Shown here: positions 1-12,205 of the stretch, piece by piece
How the letters are laid out: the number at the start of each line of letters is the position of its first letter
Position numbering within the stretch: the stretch's first letter is position 1
Origin: Lama guanicoe
Taxonomy: Eukaryota
Length of the DNA: 64,000 nucleotides
Direction: 5' to 3'
Assembly (NCBI GenBank): GCA_013239625.1
Contig: MU054026.1
Location: 310,001 to 374,000, forward strand
Made by a program: the position numbers and the translations under genes
Notes under the pieces: model-generated
What the model saw: the letters and a program-made list of their open reading frames with translations, nothing else
Database searches by the model: none
Told to the model about the DNA's origin: nothing

Positions 1-361
1 AAGCGATTTTCTTGGGTCTCAGAGAGTATGGGTGCCCTTAACCACCCCGGTTCTCCAGGAACACAAGGCTCAAGATGAAGTTCAATGCCGTCACTCACGG
101 TCTGGTTATTAACTCGAACTAAACTGTCTTGCCTCTTGAGAGTTTACCTACTAGGTACCCTGACTTACTTATGTTGTTCATTTACTGCTTTGTGATCCAT
201 TGAGGGCTACACATTTCTGTAAAAGATAATTTTCAGAAAGAGATAGAATGATAACTCTCATACAGATTTAAAAATGAAGACACGTTAACAGTTTTATTCT
301 ACCCAGTAACCAAGGAGAGAACCAGCTAGACGTCATAATGAGTTCAAAAGAGAATTCAAGT

Positions 362-494
362 CGGGGAGGGTATAGTTCAGGTGGCAGAGCACATGCTTAG
401 CATGCCCGAGGCCCTGTGTTCAATCCCCAGCACCTCCTCTGAAAATAAATAAATCAATCTAATTACCTGCCCCCTCCAAAAAAAAATTAAAAAG
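362..494 (+). mobile_element. tRNA-derived SINE (camelid Vic-1-like)
   Basis: GGGGAGGGTATAGTTCAG...GTTCAATCCCCAGCACCTCC head with A/B boxes and an A-rich tail. TSD AGAGAATTCAA at 349-359 and 495-505. Confidence 0.9.
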
Positions 495-1095
495 AGAGAA
501 TTCAAAAAATACTCCTGACATTTTTAGATGAGGACTATTGACATGAATATGCAAATTAAGAGAAAACTGGTTTTTTCCAAAGGTGGCGGAGGGAAATCAA
601 TCTGGATTTGTCTGTAGGAATTATTTTGCATTGCTATTAGTTGCCTGTAATTTACAAAATGGTAAAGTAGGTCAAAGACTATAAAAGACTAGACTCATAA
701 AACCTGCGTAGTTCTTTGTTGAAGCACATTTTTTTTTTCTACATTATCTTTACAGCGAAGTCTGAATGTTTTAGTGTTTCTCACCAGGTCTTAGGCTCTT
801 CCAGAAAGCCCTAACCATAAATTTAATTCGGTGCCTATTAGCATCAGAGGTCCATCTCCTTTGTGAAGTCTTCTGGAACACCGTACTCAAGTTCCAACTT
901 TATAATTATCAGTATGACCTTGGTGAAAAACAGACTTAGCCTCACTTATTAGAAGTGAAGTCTCCCCACCCCCCAGAAAAAAGCAGAAGTGAAGTGTCTC
1001 AGGCCCCACCATCCACACCTACTGAAATAGAATCTTCATTTGGTGAATCATATGCACAGTGGTCTAGAAAAGCTCGTTGTTCTGAGAACAAATAC

Positions 1096-1732
1096 AGTTG
1101 ATTCATTATTCACAGATTCTACATCTGCAAATTCACTGGCTCACTGAAATTTACTGTATTCCCCAAATCAGTACTTGGAGCCATTCACAGACATGCACAG
1201 AGCAGTAAAAAAAAAAAAAATGCCAGGGGCTCAACATACATGACCCCAGCGGAGATCAAATAAGGCAATGGTCTCCCTTCCTGTTTCAGCTCTCTTGCTG
1301 TGAACGTGTGGTTTTTGCAGCCTATTTATCTGCTTTGTTGTGATTTGTTGTGCATTGGTGGTTTTGCTGTTGAAAATGACCCCCAAATGTAGTGCTGAAG
1401 TGCTGCCTAGTGTTCCTAAGTGCGAGAAGAATGTGATGTGCCTCGGGGAGAAAATACCTGTATTATGTAAGTTTCATCCAGGCATGAGTTACAGCGCTGT
1501 TGCTCATGAATTGAATGTCAACACATCAACGATCTATATTAAATAAGAGGACTTTGAACAGAAAAATAGATAAAATAACGTTACATATTCATTGTTTGAT
1601 AAAAATGTTGCGACCAGAGGCTCACAGGAACATAACCTTCTACTTCCACTATCAGCAATGTTTAGTTATTCACTAATTCAGTGCACTGTGATTTGATAGA
1701 TCATAACTACTATGAATAACAAGAATCAATTC
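1096..1732. mobile_element. Non-autonomous TcMar-Tigger-class DNA transposon relic
   Basis: Degenerate terminal inverted repeats (CAGTTGATTC-ATTATTCACA ... TATGAATAACAAGAATCAATTC) after TA. Tigger-like internal sequence explains ORF 1340-1546. Confidence 0.75.
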
Positions 1733-4270
1733 CACCACTCCTGGGTGAAGATAAAGGCACAATCTGAATATACAATAAGAGAAAGGATATTATGCAGAAT
1801 TGATATGCTCAAACAAACACTGAGAGACAAACAGAAAATAACAATTTCACAAAACAACTAGAAAAAATTCTAAATAGTCCATCAGGTCCTGGGAAGTCTC
1901 TGTTTCTTCTTAATGCCCATAAAGAGCTTGGTATAGAACAGCACTTCTGTGCTGTTTTGTCTTGTTGTTTTGCAAACTCAGGAGCTTCTGAGTATAATCT
2001 GAAACTGACTGTGTACACAGAAGGGAAGGAAAAAAAAAAGTGGGGGGGGGGCAGCTTTTGGTAGGTGGTGGTGGTGTTAAGAAGAAGGGAACTTACACGT
2101 GAGGGTTGTCTTGGGTGATGCAAGATGAGTAGATCCCACCTCGCCTGCCAGCATCTTAAGAATTTATACAGAGGCCTTAATGGGTTCAATCACATAACAT
2201 GGTCCAGTGCTCTTTCAAGGATGTCCTTGAACCTGGCTCCCACTGAGGGAACGGTGGGCAGAGGGTTCATTCCAAGGGCAATCGGGGAGGGGGTGAGGAG
2301 CCGCCCACTGCCCGGGTCCAGCTTGCGCACCAGCCAGGGGTCACATCCTCTCACTGACCTCCCCCAACCGTCTTTAAGACAGAAGGAGAGACAACGTGTC
2401 TCCTTCACACCATAGGTAGACCAGGTTTCTCCGAGAAGACGGAGGTCCAAGTGTTTCAGTTCTCACGTTCTCTCATTTCTCTTTCTGGAAAGAGTATTAG
2501 CTTCTGAAACTCTTACGCTGATGCACAGCTCAAACCCAAGCAGATTCTCAAGCAAAAAGTCTCCTTCCCCCTCCCAACCCCCTCCTCTCTTTTTCATGCC
2601 GGGGTTTCTTTTAGTGTTTCCTTACGCATTTTGTTTTGTTTCTCATTAAAAGAGAAATCCCTACAACACAGTGAGGGGCTCTGCCACTCTCTCCCTGTTC
2701 ATTTACAGAATCTGAGTAGGTGGCAAAGTGACTTAGAATGACTCCAGGGATGACGAGGAGTTATTTGTGTCACTAATTACTGTCTGTGGACTTAAGATTC
2801 CGATTGCTCCTCTTCCTTCCAGCTCAGAGACGCAAGTTTGTGTGTCGGGTCAACAACCTTTCTGGGATTAAATATTCATGCTCAGATACAAACGCATACA
2901 TGCAAGGCAATGAGAACTGCCCAAAATAACGGCAGCACTCTGCCCCATGGAGCACGCAGAAGCGAGAGGAGAGAATGGACACAGACCAGAACTGCGGATC
3001 AGACATACTGTGGGCTGAGGACGCATTCACTGCCATGGGTTTTCTAACAATGGGGGCGTCTCAGAAACGTCTGGAGTCACTATCATCCCACAATACTTAC
3101 AGAACAGGTGAAATAAAGCTCCCTGTGGCCTGTAATATTATAGGACAGGTTGCATGACGACATAGGAAACACACACGGAGGGACGCCAGAGGTGGCCCCA
3201 CGTGCAGATGGGGTACGCTATTTTTCCCCTGGTGAGACTGGAGAGGTTGATGTCTCATCCGGTGCTTGGTGTGGTTCATGGTGCATTTTAAGCACTTAGT
3301 TAATGTTTGTTAAATAAATGGACGACCTGGAAAGATGCTGAGCGTATCAAAATCTCCTCCCTCCATGGATTATTCTGCAAAGAGTCAAGGTGTCTGCCTG
3401 AGAATGTAACCTACCGAGAGGCAGAGGGATTGTGGCAGTGCTAAGTAACACTGAGGGTGCTAGAGACGCTGCCATTAATATATTGTTTCTTTTTCTGTTG
3501 CAAAAAGGAAGTTTAGGAATTACTCTGGAATATTTCCTCATAGTTTGGTAAAAATGTTATGCATTTTGAAGTCAGACACACCTGGCTCTGCCATCTATTA
3601 GCTATTAATCATACATAAATCACCTAACCTACATTAGTTACCTTTCTGTAAACTCAGGCAATAGCACCTACTTCACTATTTTGTTGAAATAATTAAATAA
3701 AATAAAATTATATCCATGAATTGGACTAGGGTGCTGTCTGGCAGACAGTAATTTTTTAAGGTTTCTTTCTTACTTTTCTTATTCCACATCTGTTCTGGGC
3801 CAGGAACTAAAGCAGGTGAATATAACTGACACAAATCCTCCCCTTGCAGACCTTGTGGTCTAGTGGTGGAGACAGCCATGGACCCAACAGTTGTGATAAA
3901 AACTCCTGGGAATACGATGGAAAAGGAATACAGGAGGAATAGATTTTCGAGGGAGATGACTTAAGCCAGTCTTGGGGACGAAGGTGAGGTGAGAGGGGGC
4001 TTCTCTGAGGGAGCAATCTCAGGCTTGCAGTACAAAGATCTAATAGTTTTTGACAAGGGTAGGGGAGGAAGATGGAGCCTCTCTCAGGGTCCAGTACATT
4101 TTGTAAAAGTCCAGAGTTGATGGGGCTTAGAGTTTTAAAAATCTTTTAAAATCTTGTCTCAAGAGACTAGAATTAACAATCAGATATTTCTCACTCTGTC
4201 TTTTAGCTCCCCTTTCCGAGATCTACATACTAGACATCACTCCTTCTATTGAGTGGTGGGGGTGAGGAGG

Positions 4271-4854
4271 TGATGCAGGAAAAACGGATGTGGGGCACGA
4301 GGACGGCCGTGTCCCAGGCTTCAGTTAAGCCCCTGGGATGTGCCCTGCCAAGTGTGAGTCCTTGGCTTAGCACAGGAAAGAATTCAAGAGCGAGCCACAG
4401 TTAAGTAAAGGTAGATTTATTTAGAGATACATCAAAAGGCAAGAGAAAGGCCACGAGGTGTGGGGGTTGGGTGCTCAGATTAAAGTAAAAGTAGGTATGC
4501 AGAGACAGAGTGCAGCTGTCTCTGAAGAGGGAGAGAGGGGGCAGAGGCCACAAGGTGCATGTTGCCAGTTTTTATGGGCTCATTGGCTTTATATGCTAAT
4601 AAGTGGAAGGACCAGTCTAACTAGCCTGGGGAAGGGGCTGGGATTCCCAGGAAGTTGGCGTTTCCCACTCTTTGACTTTTTGTGCCTAGCCTTGGGACTG
4701 CCATGGCGCCTGTGGGCATGTTATTCACCATGCTTATATTACAAAGGGTGTATAATGAAGCTCAAGGTCTACTAGAAGTCAAATCTCCCACCATTTTGAT
4801 GTTAACTGCTGTAACATTCCTTGAATGTCTGTATCCCACCCCCTTCCTGTCTCA
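4271..4854 (-). mobile_element. Solo LTR (ERV1-like)
   Basis: TG...CA termini with 4-bp TSD GAGG (4267-4270, 4855-4858). AATAAA on the minus strand near 4420. Confidence 0.85.
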
Positions 4855-6441
4855 GAGGAACAAAGAGCTCAACCTACAACCCTGTTCCTTAGGCATGACC
4901 TGATCATACTTCATAGTAGGGGAGCTATGGCCCCATTTCTCTTCTAGAGCTGATGTTCTTGACAGTGATGTTTATTTAATTATTAGTTTTTTTTCCCTCA
5001 CTTTGACACTGAGAGAGGAGCTTCTTCTATTACATAGTAGGAGCACATATGCACAGTATATTTTTATTATTTTTCAGAAACTGTGTTGTTTTGATCCTTT
5101 CCCTTTTGTAGCTGATAGAAATTACCTTTCTGAATGGAACCACTAGTCCTTGTGGGTTCCTACTCCAAGGTCACTAGTAGACATTCTCAAGCCCACTTCT
5201 CCCATATTGTCACTTGACAAATGGACACAAGTCTTGGCTTATGAGATAGGATCTTTCAATTTTCCTGACAGTGTTGTCTGTTCTATCATGTGATTAGGTT
5301 CTAAAACACATGGAGTTATTAGAAAACTTGTAAAGGCAATTTTTTTATTTGAAAAAAAACAGTTATGAGATTATTTTAATGACATACTATTATAGTCATT
5401 TTATTGTGATGGATTCCAATAATAGATGGTTGCTTTTTTAAGCTATGGGTGCAATTTGTCATTACGAGCTAAAGAGAATAAACTGGGTGACAGAAACTGA
5501 CAAAAACAAACCTGATTATCACTACATGAATCTTGGGCAACCTTGAGGGAACGGATCATTATTGACAAATTTCTCAACCAATGTTAAAATTTGTTATTTG
5601 AATAAATATAAAATTGAAACAAGATGGCAATGGAAAAACAAAATAAAAACTGCAACTCCAAAGGTGAATTAAATGTGGGACCAAATAGTCAATAAAGTAG
5701 TTCACCACATAAAGAAAATATCTATGCATAAAAGTTCCTTCCCTACAGACAGGCAGTTATCTGTGGGAACGTGAGCTCTTGCAGTGCAAATTGTGTTCTA
5801 TAATTATAAGGGTGTGTTACATTTATGAGTTGTGAAAATTCACATGGGAAAGAAATGATCATTTCTTTTTTCTTTCCTTTCAGAATAAGATGTTTAAGGC
5901 TTCCACTTCTCATGACTTTGCTAACCTGAGTCTGATACTCTGATCTACTAACCAACATCTTCCTGACACACGGTTGGTCCAGGAAGGACACTGCTAGTTT
6001 TTATATTTGTGACTTTTGACATGCTTCTGTGACCTACCACAATCCTCCTCCTTACTGGCACATTAGTCTTTCTTGTTTCATTACTGTCTTTAACAAATAC
6101 AGTCCAGTCTTCTAAGATTCCCCCATAATACATTTTAATGTTGCTTTTTCTTGATGATTATCTTTAAAAAGTTACTGTAAGTCTATCCTGGATCCTATGA
6201 ATGGCTATCTCAGAACCAAGTATTGACACTCATTTTTATGCCTTTATCTGTGTCATGTTTGTGACTGTGTTGGGGTCAATTAGTATGACTTTAACTGTTA
6301 GGAGCTAATGAGAAAAACACAGAGACAGACTAGACAAAAAATGCTTTGGGGGCTGTGTAAATGCCAAAGGTCATCATGATACTTATTACTAATGAAGATT
6401 TCACAGTAATTTGAGTAGAAAATAAGCCAAGAAGATTGAAT

Positions 6442-6732
6442 TGCCCTTCTGAGTGAGACTGACCACGCTCTATGGAGTGTGTATCTACTTTTACTTCAAA
6501 CTAAGCACCCAATCCCCGCACTTCATGGCCCTTCTCTTGCCTTCTGAAACAGCCTGCCTTCTGAGGAGTATGAATCTCTCTAAATAAATCTGCCTTTACT
6601 CAACAGTGGCTCGCTCTTGAATTCTTTCCTGAGTGAAGTCAAGGACCCACAGTTGGTGGGGCCCATCCCAGGGACTCAAATGAGATCTGGGACATGGCCT
6701 TCCTCTTGCCCTGCATTTATTTTCCTGTATCA
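6442..6732 (+). mobile_element. Short solo LTR related to the 4271-4854 element
   Basis: TG...CA termini with 4-bp TSD GAAT (6438-6441, 6733-6736). 6577-6645 matches the reverse complement of 4359-4427 at 62 of 69 positions. Confidence 0.75.
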
Positions 6733-7487
6733 GAATTGTCTCATAGACAGAGAACTTGTAACTATTTTACTGTTAGAAGCTCTGATGATTAGAAAGTTCA
6801 GTTCTTATTGTTTGATGAAATTACATTTCCTGCAAGTTCCAACCATTGGTGGTAGTTATACTTGGAACAAGTCTGCTTTCTTTTTATCGGAACTGTAACT
6901 TTTAGGAGAATAACTATCATGTTTTTCCCTAGTTTGCTTTCACAAATATTTTTGAGAACTTACTTGGACAAAACATTGTGCATTAGCCATTTTCTGCCTT
7001 TCCAGGTTAAAGAGCAGTCCTTTCAATCTTACCTTGAAAGCTTTTTTTTTCTAATTAGCATAATAACTTATATAACTTTTGTAATGGCCCTCTTACAATG
7101 AGGCACCTGAAAATAAACACATGAAAAATAAAGAATTTTATTCAGTATCACTAATAATAATAAATAGAAATTATTAAACTCAGCAATGTATTAGGCACTA
7201 AGGGGTCAGATACAGAAATATACTGCACACTATTCTTGCTTTCAAAGAGTTTTGGATCTAGGTGGAAATGAAGATTACAATTTTAGATACAATTAAATGT
7301 ACAAGTAAGTACTGTCATAGTTCACAGGGCTCAGAAATCTGAGTTCTGAAGTTGTAACTAGATATTTCTAGGTTCTAGGTTAGATCTTAAAAGGTATATT
7401 GGGTCTTTGTCCAAAGTAGCATATATATCAGTAACTTCAAAACTGGAACCCAGGTTTCTTTTTTCTTTGTCTAGTCCTTTCTTCACT

Positions 7488-7752
7488 CTTTTTTTTTTTA
7501 AATTGAAGTATAATCAGTTTACAATGTTGTGTCAATTTCTGGTGTACAGCACAAATTTTCGGTCATACATGAATATAAATATTCATTTTCATATTCTTTT
7601 TCACCGTGAGCTACTACAAGATCTTGTATATACTTCCCTGTGCTATACAGTATAAACTTGTTGATCTATTCTATATATACCTGTCAGAATTTGCAAATCT
7701 CCAACTCTCAGTCTGCCCTTCCCTCCCTCCTCCCCGCAGCAACCACAAGTTT
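7488..7752 (-). mobile_element. 5'-truncated lineage-specific L1 3' end
   Basis: Poly-T followed by AATTGAAGTATAATCAGTTTACAATGTTGTGTCAATTTCTGG. Homologous to 48522-49043 and 45350-45666. Confidence 0.85.
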
Positions 7753-8028
7753 AGAAGAGAAAGACGCAATCTTTTCTGGAGTTATCGTAAATATCTGATT
7801 AAATCTACAATTTTCGGAAATTTCAACTCGGTAAAAATTCTAATTCTTGTAACTGTTCCTTGGTTAACCTGCAGCCACGAAAGTTGTTACAGTCCTCTTT
7901 GAATTTCATTTTGGGTTGATTTTAGAAACAGCTCAGGCTCAAGTGACAGTTTTTCTTAAACATTAAAAAATAAATAAATAAACAAGTACCCGTTAATACA
8001 GGAAGAACACAGGAAGCCTGGAATGTAA

Positions 8029-8620
<592 letters not shown>

Positions 8621-9683
8621 GCTGTTCCCAGCTGCCTTTTTGAGGGGTCATTCCGGCTCGTCTTACAGATAAAGAAAACAAGTCTGGGTACAATCTTCGT
8701 CCCACTATTAATCATTGGCAGATCTTATTTTATTTAAAACTGGGCTGGAAGGTGGACTTGGAGCCTGCAGGAATAATGGAGAGGTAGACGCCGGCAGGTA
8801 AGGTAATTGAGGATAAGACGAGCAGAGGGATGTACTAAAATAAAAGCACGGGAGGTGGTAGACGCTCAGGTTGAATCTTAACGACAGCCTAGCGTCCTTT
8901 GGCCAGGGAAGTTGGGAGTGAGTCTGAGATGAGGAGGGTTCCAGCTGCAAAGGAACCAGACTGTATGAGAAGGGAAAAGAGAGGCTTGCAGGAAAATCTT
9001 GAGGCCTCACAGTTGAAGTCAGGGTCCAGGACAAGACGTTTTGAGAAGGAGAATAAGGGAACTCAGATGGGGAACAGGTAGGACCAAGTTGAAAATTATG
9101 CGCATAGGAAGGCATTCTTATAGATATATTTTCATGTGTGAAAACTATCACAAATGATTAATCCCAACATCATTCATTAAATGTTTTGGTCAATATTTAA
9201 CAAATGCACCTCAGGCAAAGGGCTGCATATCTGTGGTAAATTCATTTTCTAAGTTGTCAGATGCACCTTTGAATGATTGTTGCCTTTTATTTTCAGAAGT
9301 TACTTACTTCAGACTCCGAAAAATCCTTCACTATTCATTTTGTGGTGGTGGTAAAAATAACGTGTCAATAACCAAACTGTACCTTTGTGTAATACTTTAC
9401 ACACCCATTTAAAGTAAGTTTTCCAGCACACCAATAGATACTTAAACAGGACCTGTATTGCCATCAGTCTGGTAGAGGGCTTTCCTTTAGTCTCATTCCT
9501 CTCAGTATGTCTTGGACATATGAGTGCATTTTTTGGAAACTTTTGAGCAGTAGAAGGAAAGAAGAAAAAATTTTTTAAAAAGCTGGTCCATTATTAACAG
9601 ATGCACTGAGTATTTTGAGGCAAACATAAAACATAAATTAGAAGTTGGGCAAAATTCAGTACTTTTAGCTTCTGAAACTGGTT

Positions 9684-10119
9684 TTGGGGAGCGCAGGAAG
9701 TGTCAGTTTAGACTCATGTACTCAGAAAATAGTAACTTTGAAAATTCTATTTCTTCTCCCCAGGCCTTTTCATCTATTTCTATGGTTTTAATAACAACTT
9801 GCACTTTGATGTCTCTTTTCTTAGTTCCATAATTAAATATCAAACTGCCCGTAAGACGTGGCCACTTTGGATGTCCCAAAGCACTTTAAAAGCAACTAGT
9901 CCAAAATCGAGCACATCATTGGCTTTCCCTTCTAACTCTAATCTTCTCTCTCCCTATTTTGGTGATTGTTAGCATCATTCATCGAATTGGTTAAGACAGA
10001 AAACGGGTCGTGCAGACACCCCTCTCTCACCTTCTCTGCTTAATCATTCACAAGTTATCTTGAAGCAACCTGCTGAATATCTTTGATCCATATTCCTTTT
10101 TTTGCCCCACACTGTCCTA
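9684..10119 (+). repeat. 436-bp direct repeat, copy 1 (intron 1)
   Basis: Base-for-base identical by eye to 11770-12205, with constant offset 2086 at both ends. Confidence 0.97.
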
Positions 10120-10486
10120 GCTTTAGTTTACCTTTTTCCTTTTAATTTTGACTACAATTCTTCCAGCTGATCTTGCTTTCAGTCCAACCGCTCCATTACG
10201 TTCTTGTACTCCTGCCGAAGTATCACGTAACACAAACCGTGCTGCTGAGATCTTTTGACGTATCTTTCTATAGTGAGAAGAACGTTGGCTTTGGCCTCTT
10301 CTGTCCTGGTTTTTATTCTCAGCTCTGTTTCTTGCTTTGTGATCCTGGATCATAAACGTGATCTCTGAGTCTCTGCTTCATCATTTATAAAATGATAATA
10401 TGGTGACAAGTAAGTAAGAAAGCATAAAATGCCTAGTACAATAGATGATGTAATCTTGATGTCCAAGCAGTGTTCCCACCTCTTTT

Positions 10487-10671
10487 TTAATTTTTTTTAA
10501 TGGAGGTGCTGGTACTGGGGATTGAACCCAAGTCCTCGTACATGCTAAGCATGCACTCTACCTTTCAGCTACTCCCCACTCCCCCCACCCTTTTTTAGAG
10601 GAGGTACTGGGGATTGAACCCTGGACCTCGTGCATGCTAAGCATGCGCTCTACCACTGAGCCATATCCACC
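10487..10671 (-). mobile_element. Head-to-tail dimer of the tRNA-derived SINE
   Basis: Two consecutive GGTACTGGGGATTGAACCC...ATGCTAAGCATGC units. One flanking TSD CCCACCTCTTTT at 10475-10486 and 10672-10683. Confidence 0.85.
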
Positions 10672-11223
10672 CCCACCTCTTTTATAATCTTACATGTATC
10701 TTTTATGGCTTAAAATGCTGTGTTTCTTAATTTAAAGAAGTGATCAGATAATACATCTATGTACTTAAAGTAAAAACAAAAAGAAAGCGCACAAAAAGAA
10801 TGTGCAGTTAAAAGATAAGTTTTCCCCCCAGTGCAAGGTCTTAACATTTTCTTGTAACACTGTACTGCTTATCTTGTCTTTCATTTCTGGGCCTCTATGC
10901 CTAATGCAGTAAATGCTGTTGAAAGAATGGAGGGATTAGTGTCCAGCTTGAACTTAATAAGATGAAACTAATGCTTAGGAAGCTGGTGACATCTAGAAGG
11001 TAGACAAAGAGTTGACAACAGGGTTTAAAAATAAGCCTAAAAGGGAGAAATATGTTGAAAAGAATAGGGATGGTCTTAGATATGTTAGGATTTTAGAAGA
11101 CCTTTAGTAAGTGAAAAAGTGACTTTAATTTCATTTATAGGAAGATGTTCAGGTAGCATACGGTTACTGAGCACTGAGTCATAACCATAAGCTCTTCTTA
11201 GTATTTATTGTGTATTTCCTTAA

Positions 11224-11454
<231 letters not shown>

Positions 11455-11769
11455 TAAGTTGTTTTCTTGCATATGGTGGGTTCCAGACCATTATCTCATT
11501 TCTTTGTAGGTGTTGAAAGTAGTATTTGGTGGGGATTACAGAGGAATTTTTTTTTCCAGTTCTTTATTTTATTACCTATGAGCATTGATTGAATAGTTTA
11601 AAGCAGAGACCTACTCAGAAAGGAGTATACACAGCAGTATTGTAACTGCAGTTGAGGTGGGCGTGAATTTATGTTTGTATGGAGTATATTGACATGTTTT
11701 CCTAAGAACTTGACTGATACACAAAATGACCCAAACCAAAAACAGATATGTAGCATCTTTAAGTTTGCA

Positions 11770-12205
11770 TTGGGGAGCGCAGGAAGTGTCAGTTTAGACT
11801 CATGTACTCAGAAAATAGTAACTTTGAAAATTCTATTTCTTCTCCCCAGGCCTTTTCATCTATTTCTATGGTTTTAATAACAACTTGCACTTTGATGTCT
11901 CTTTTCTTAGTTCCATAATTAAATATCAAACTGCCCGTAAGACGTGGCCACTTTGGATGTCCCAAAGCACTTTAAAAGCAACTAGTCCAAAATCGAGCAC
12001 ATCATTGGCTTTCCCTTCTAACTCTAATCTTCTCTCTCCCTATTTTGGTGATTGTTAGCATCATTCATCGAATTGGTTAAGACAGAAAACGGGTCGTGCA
12101 GACACCCCTCTCTCACCTTCTCTGCTTAATCATTCACAAGTTATCTTGAAGCAACCTGCTGAATATCTTTGATCCATATTCCTTTTTTTGCCCCACACTG
12201 TCCTA
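11770..12205 (+). repeat. 436-bp direct repeat, copy 2 (intron 2)
   Basis: Identical to 9684-10119 (TTGGGGAGCGCAGG...CACACTGTCCTA). Flanks are unrelated to those of copy 1. Confidence 0.97.

Noticed and set aside
1..180. Possible LTR end at the window edge (...TGTTGTTCA)
   Set aside because: Truncated by the window, so the other terminus and TSD cannot be seen.
362..436. tRNA-like sequences (also at 10500-10670, 16320-16394, 25533-25608)
   Set aside because: They have A-rich tails and TSDs, so they are tRNA-derived SINEs, not tRNA genes.
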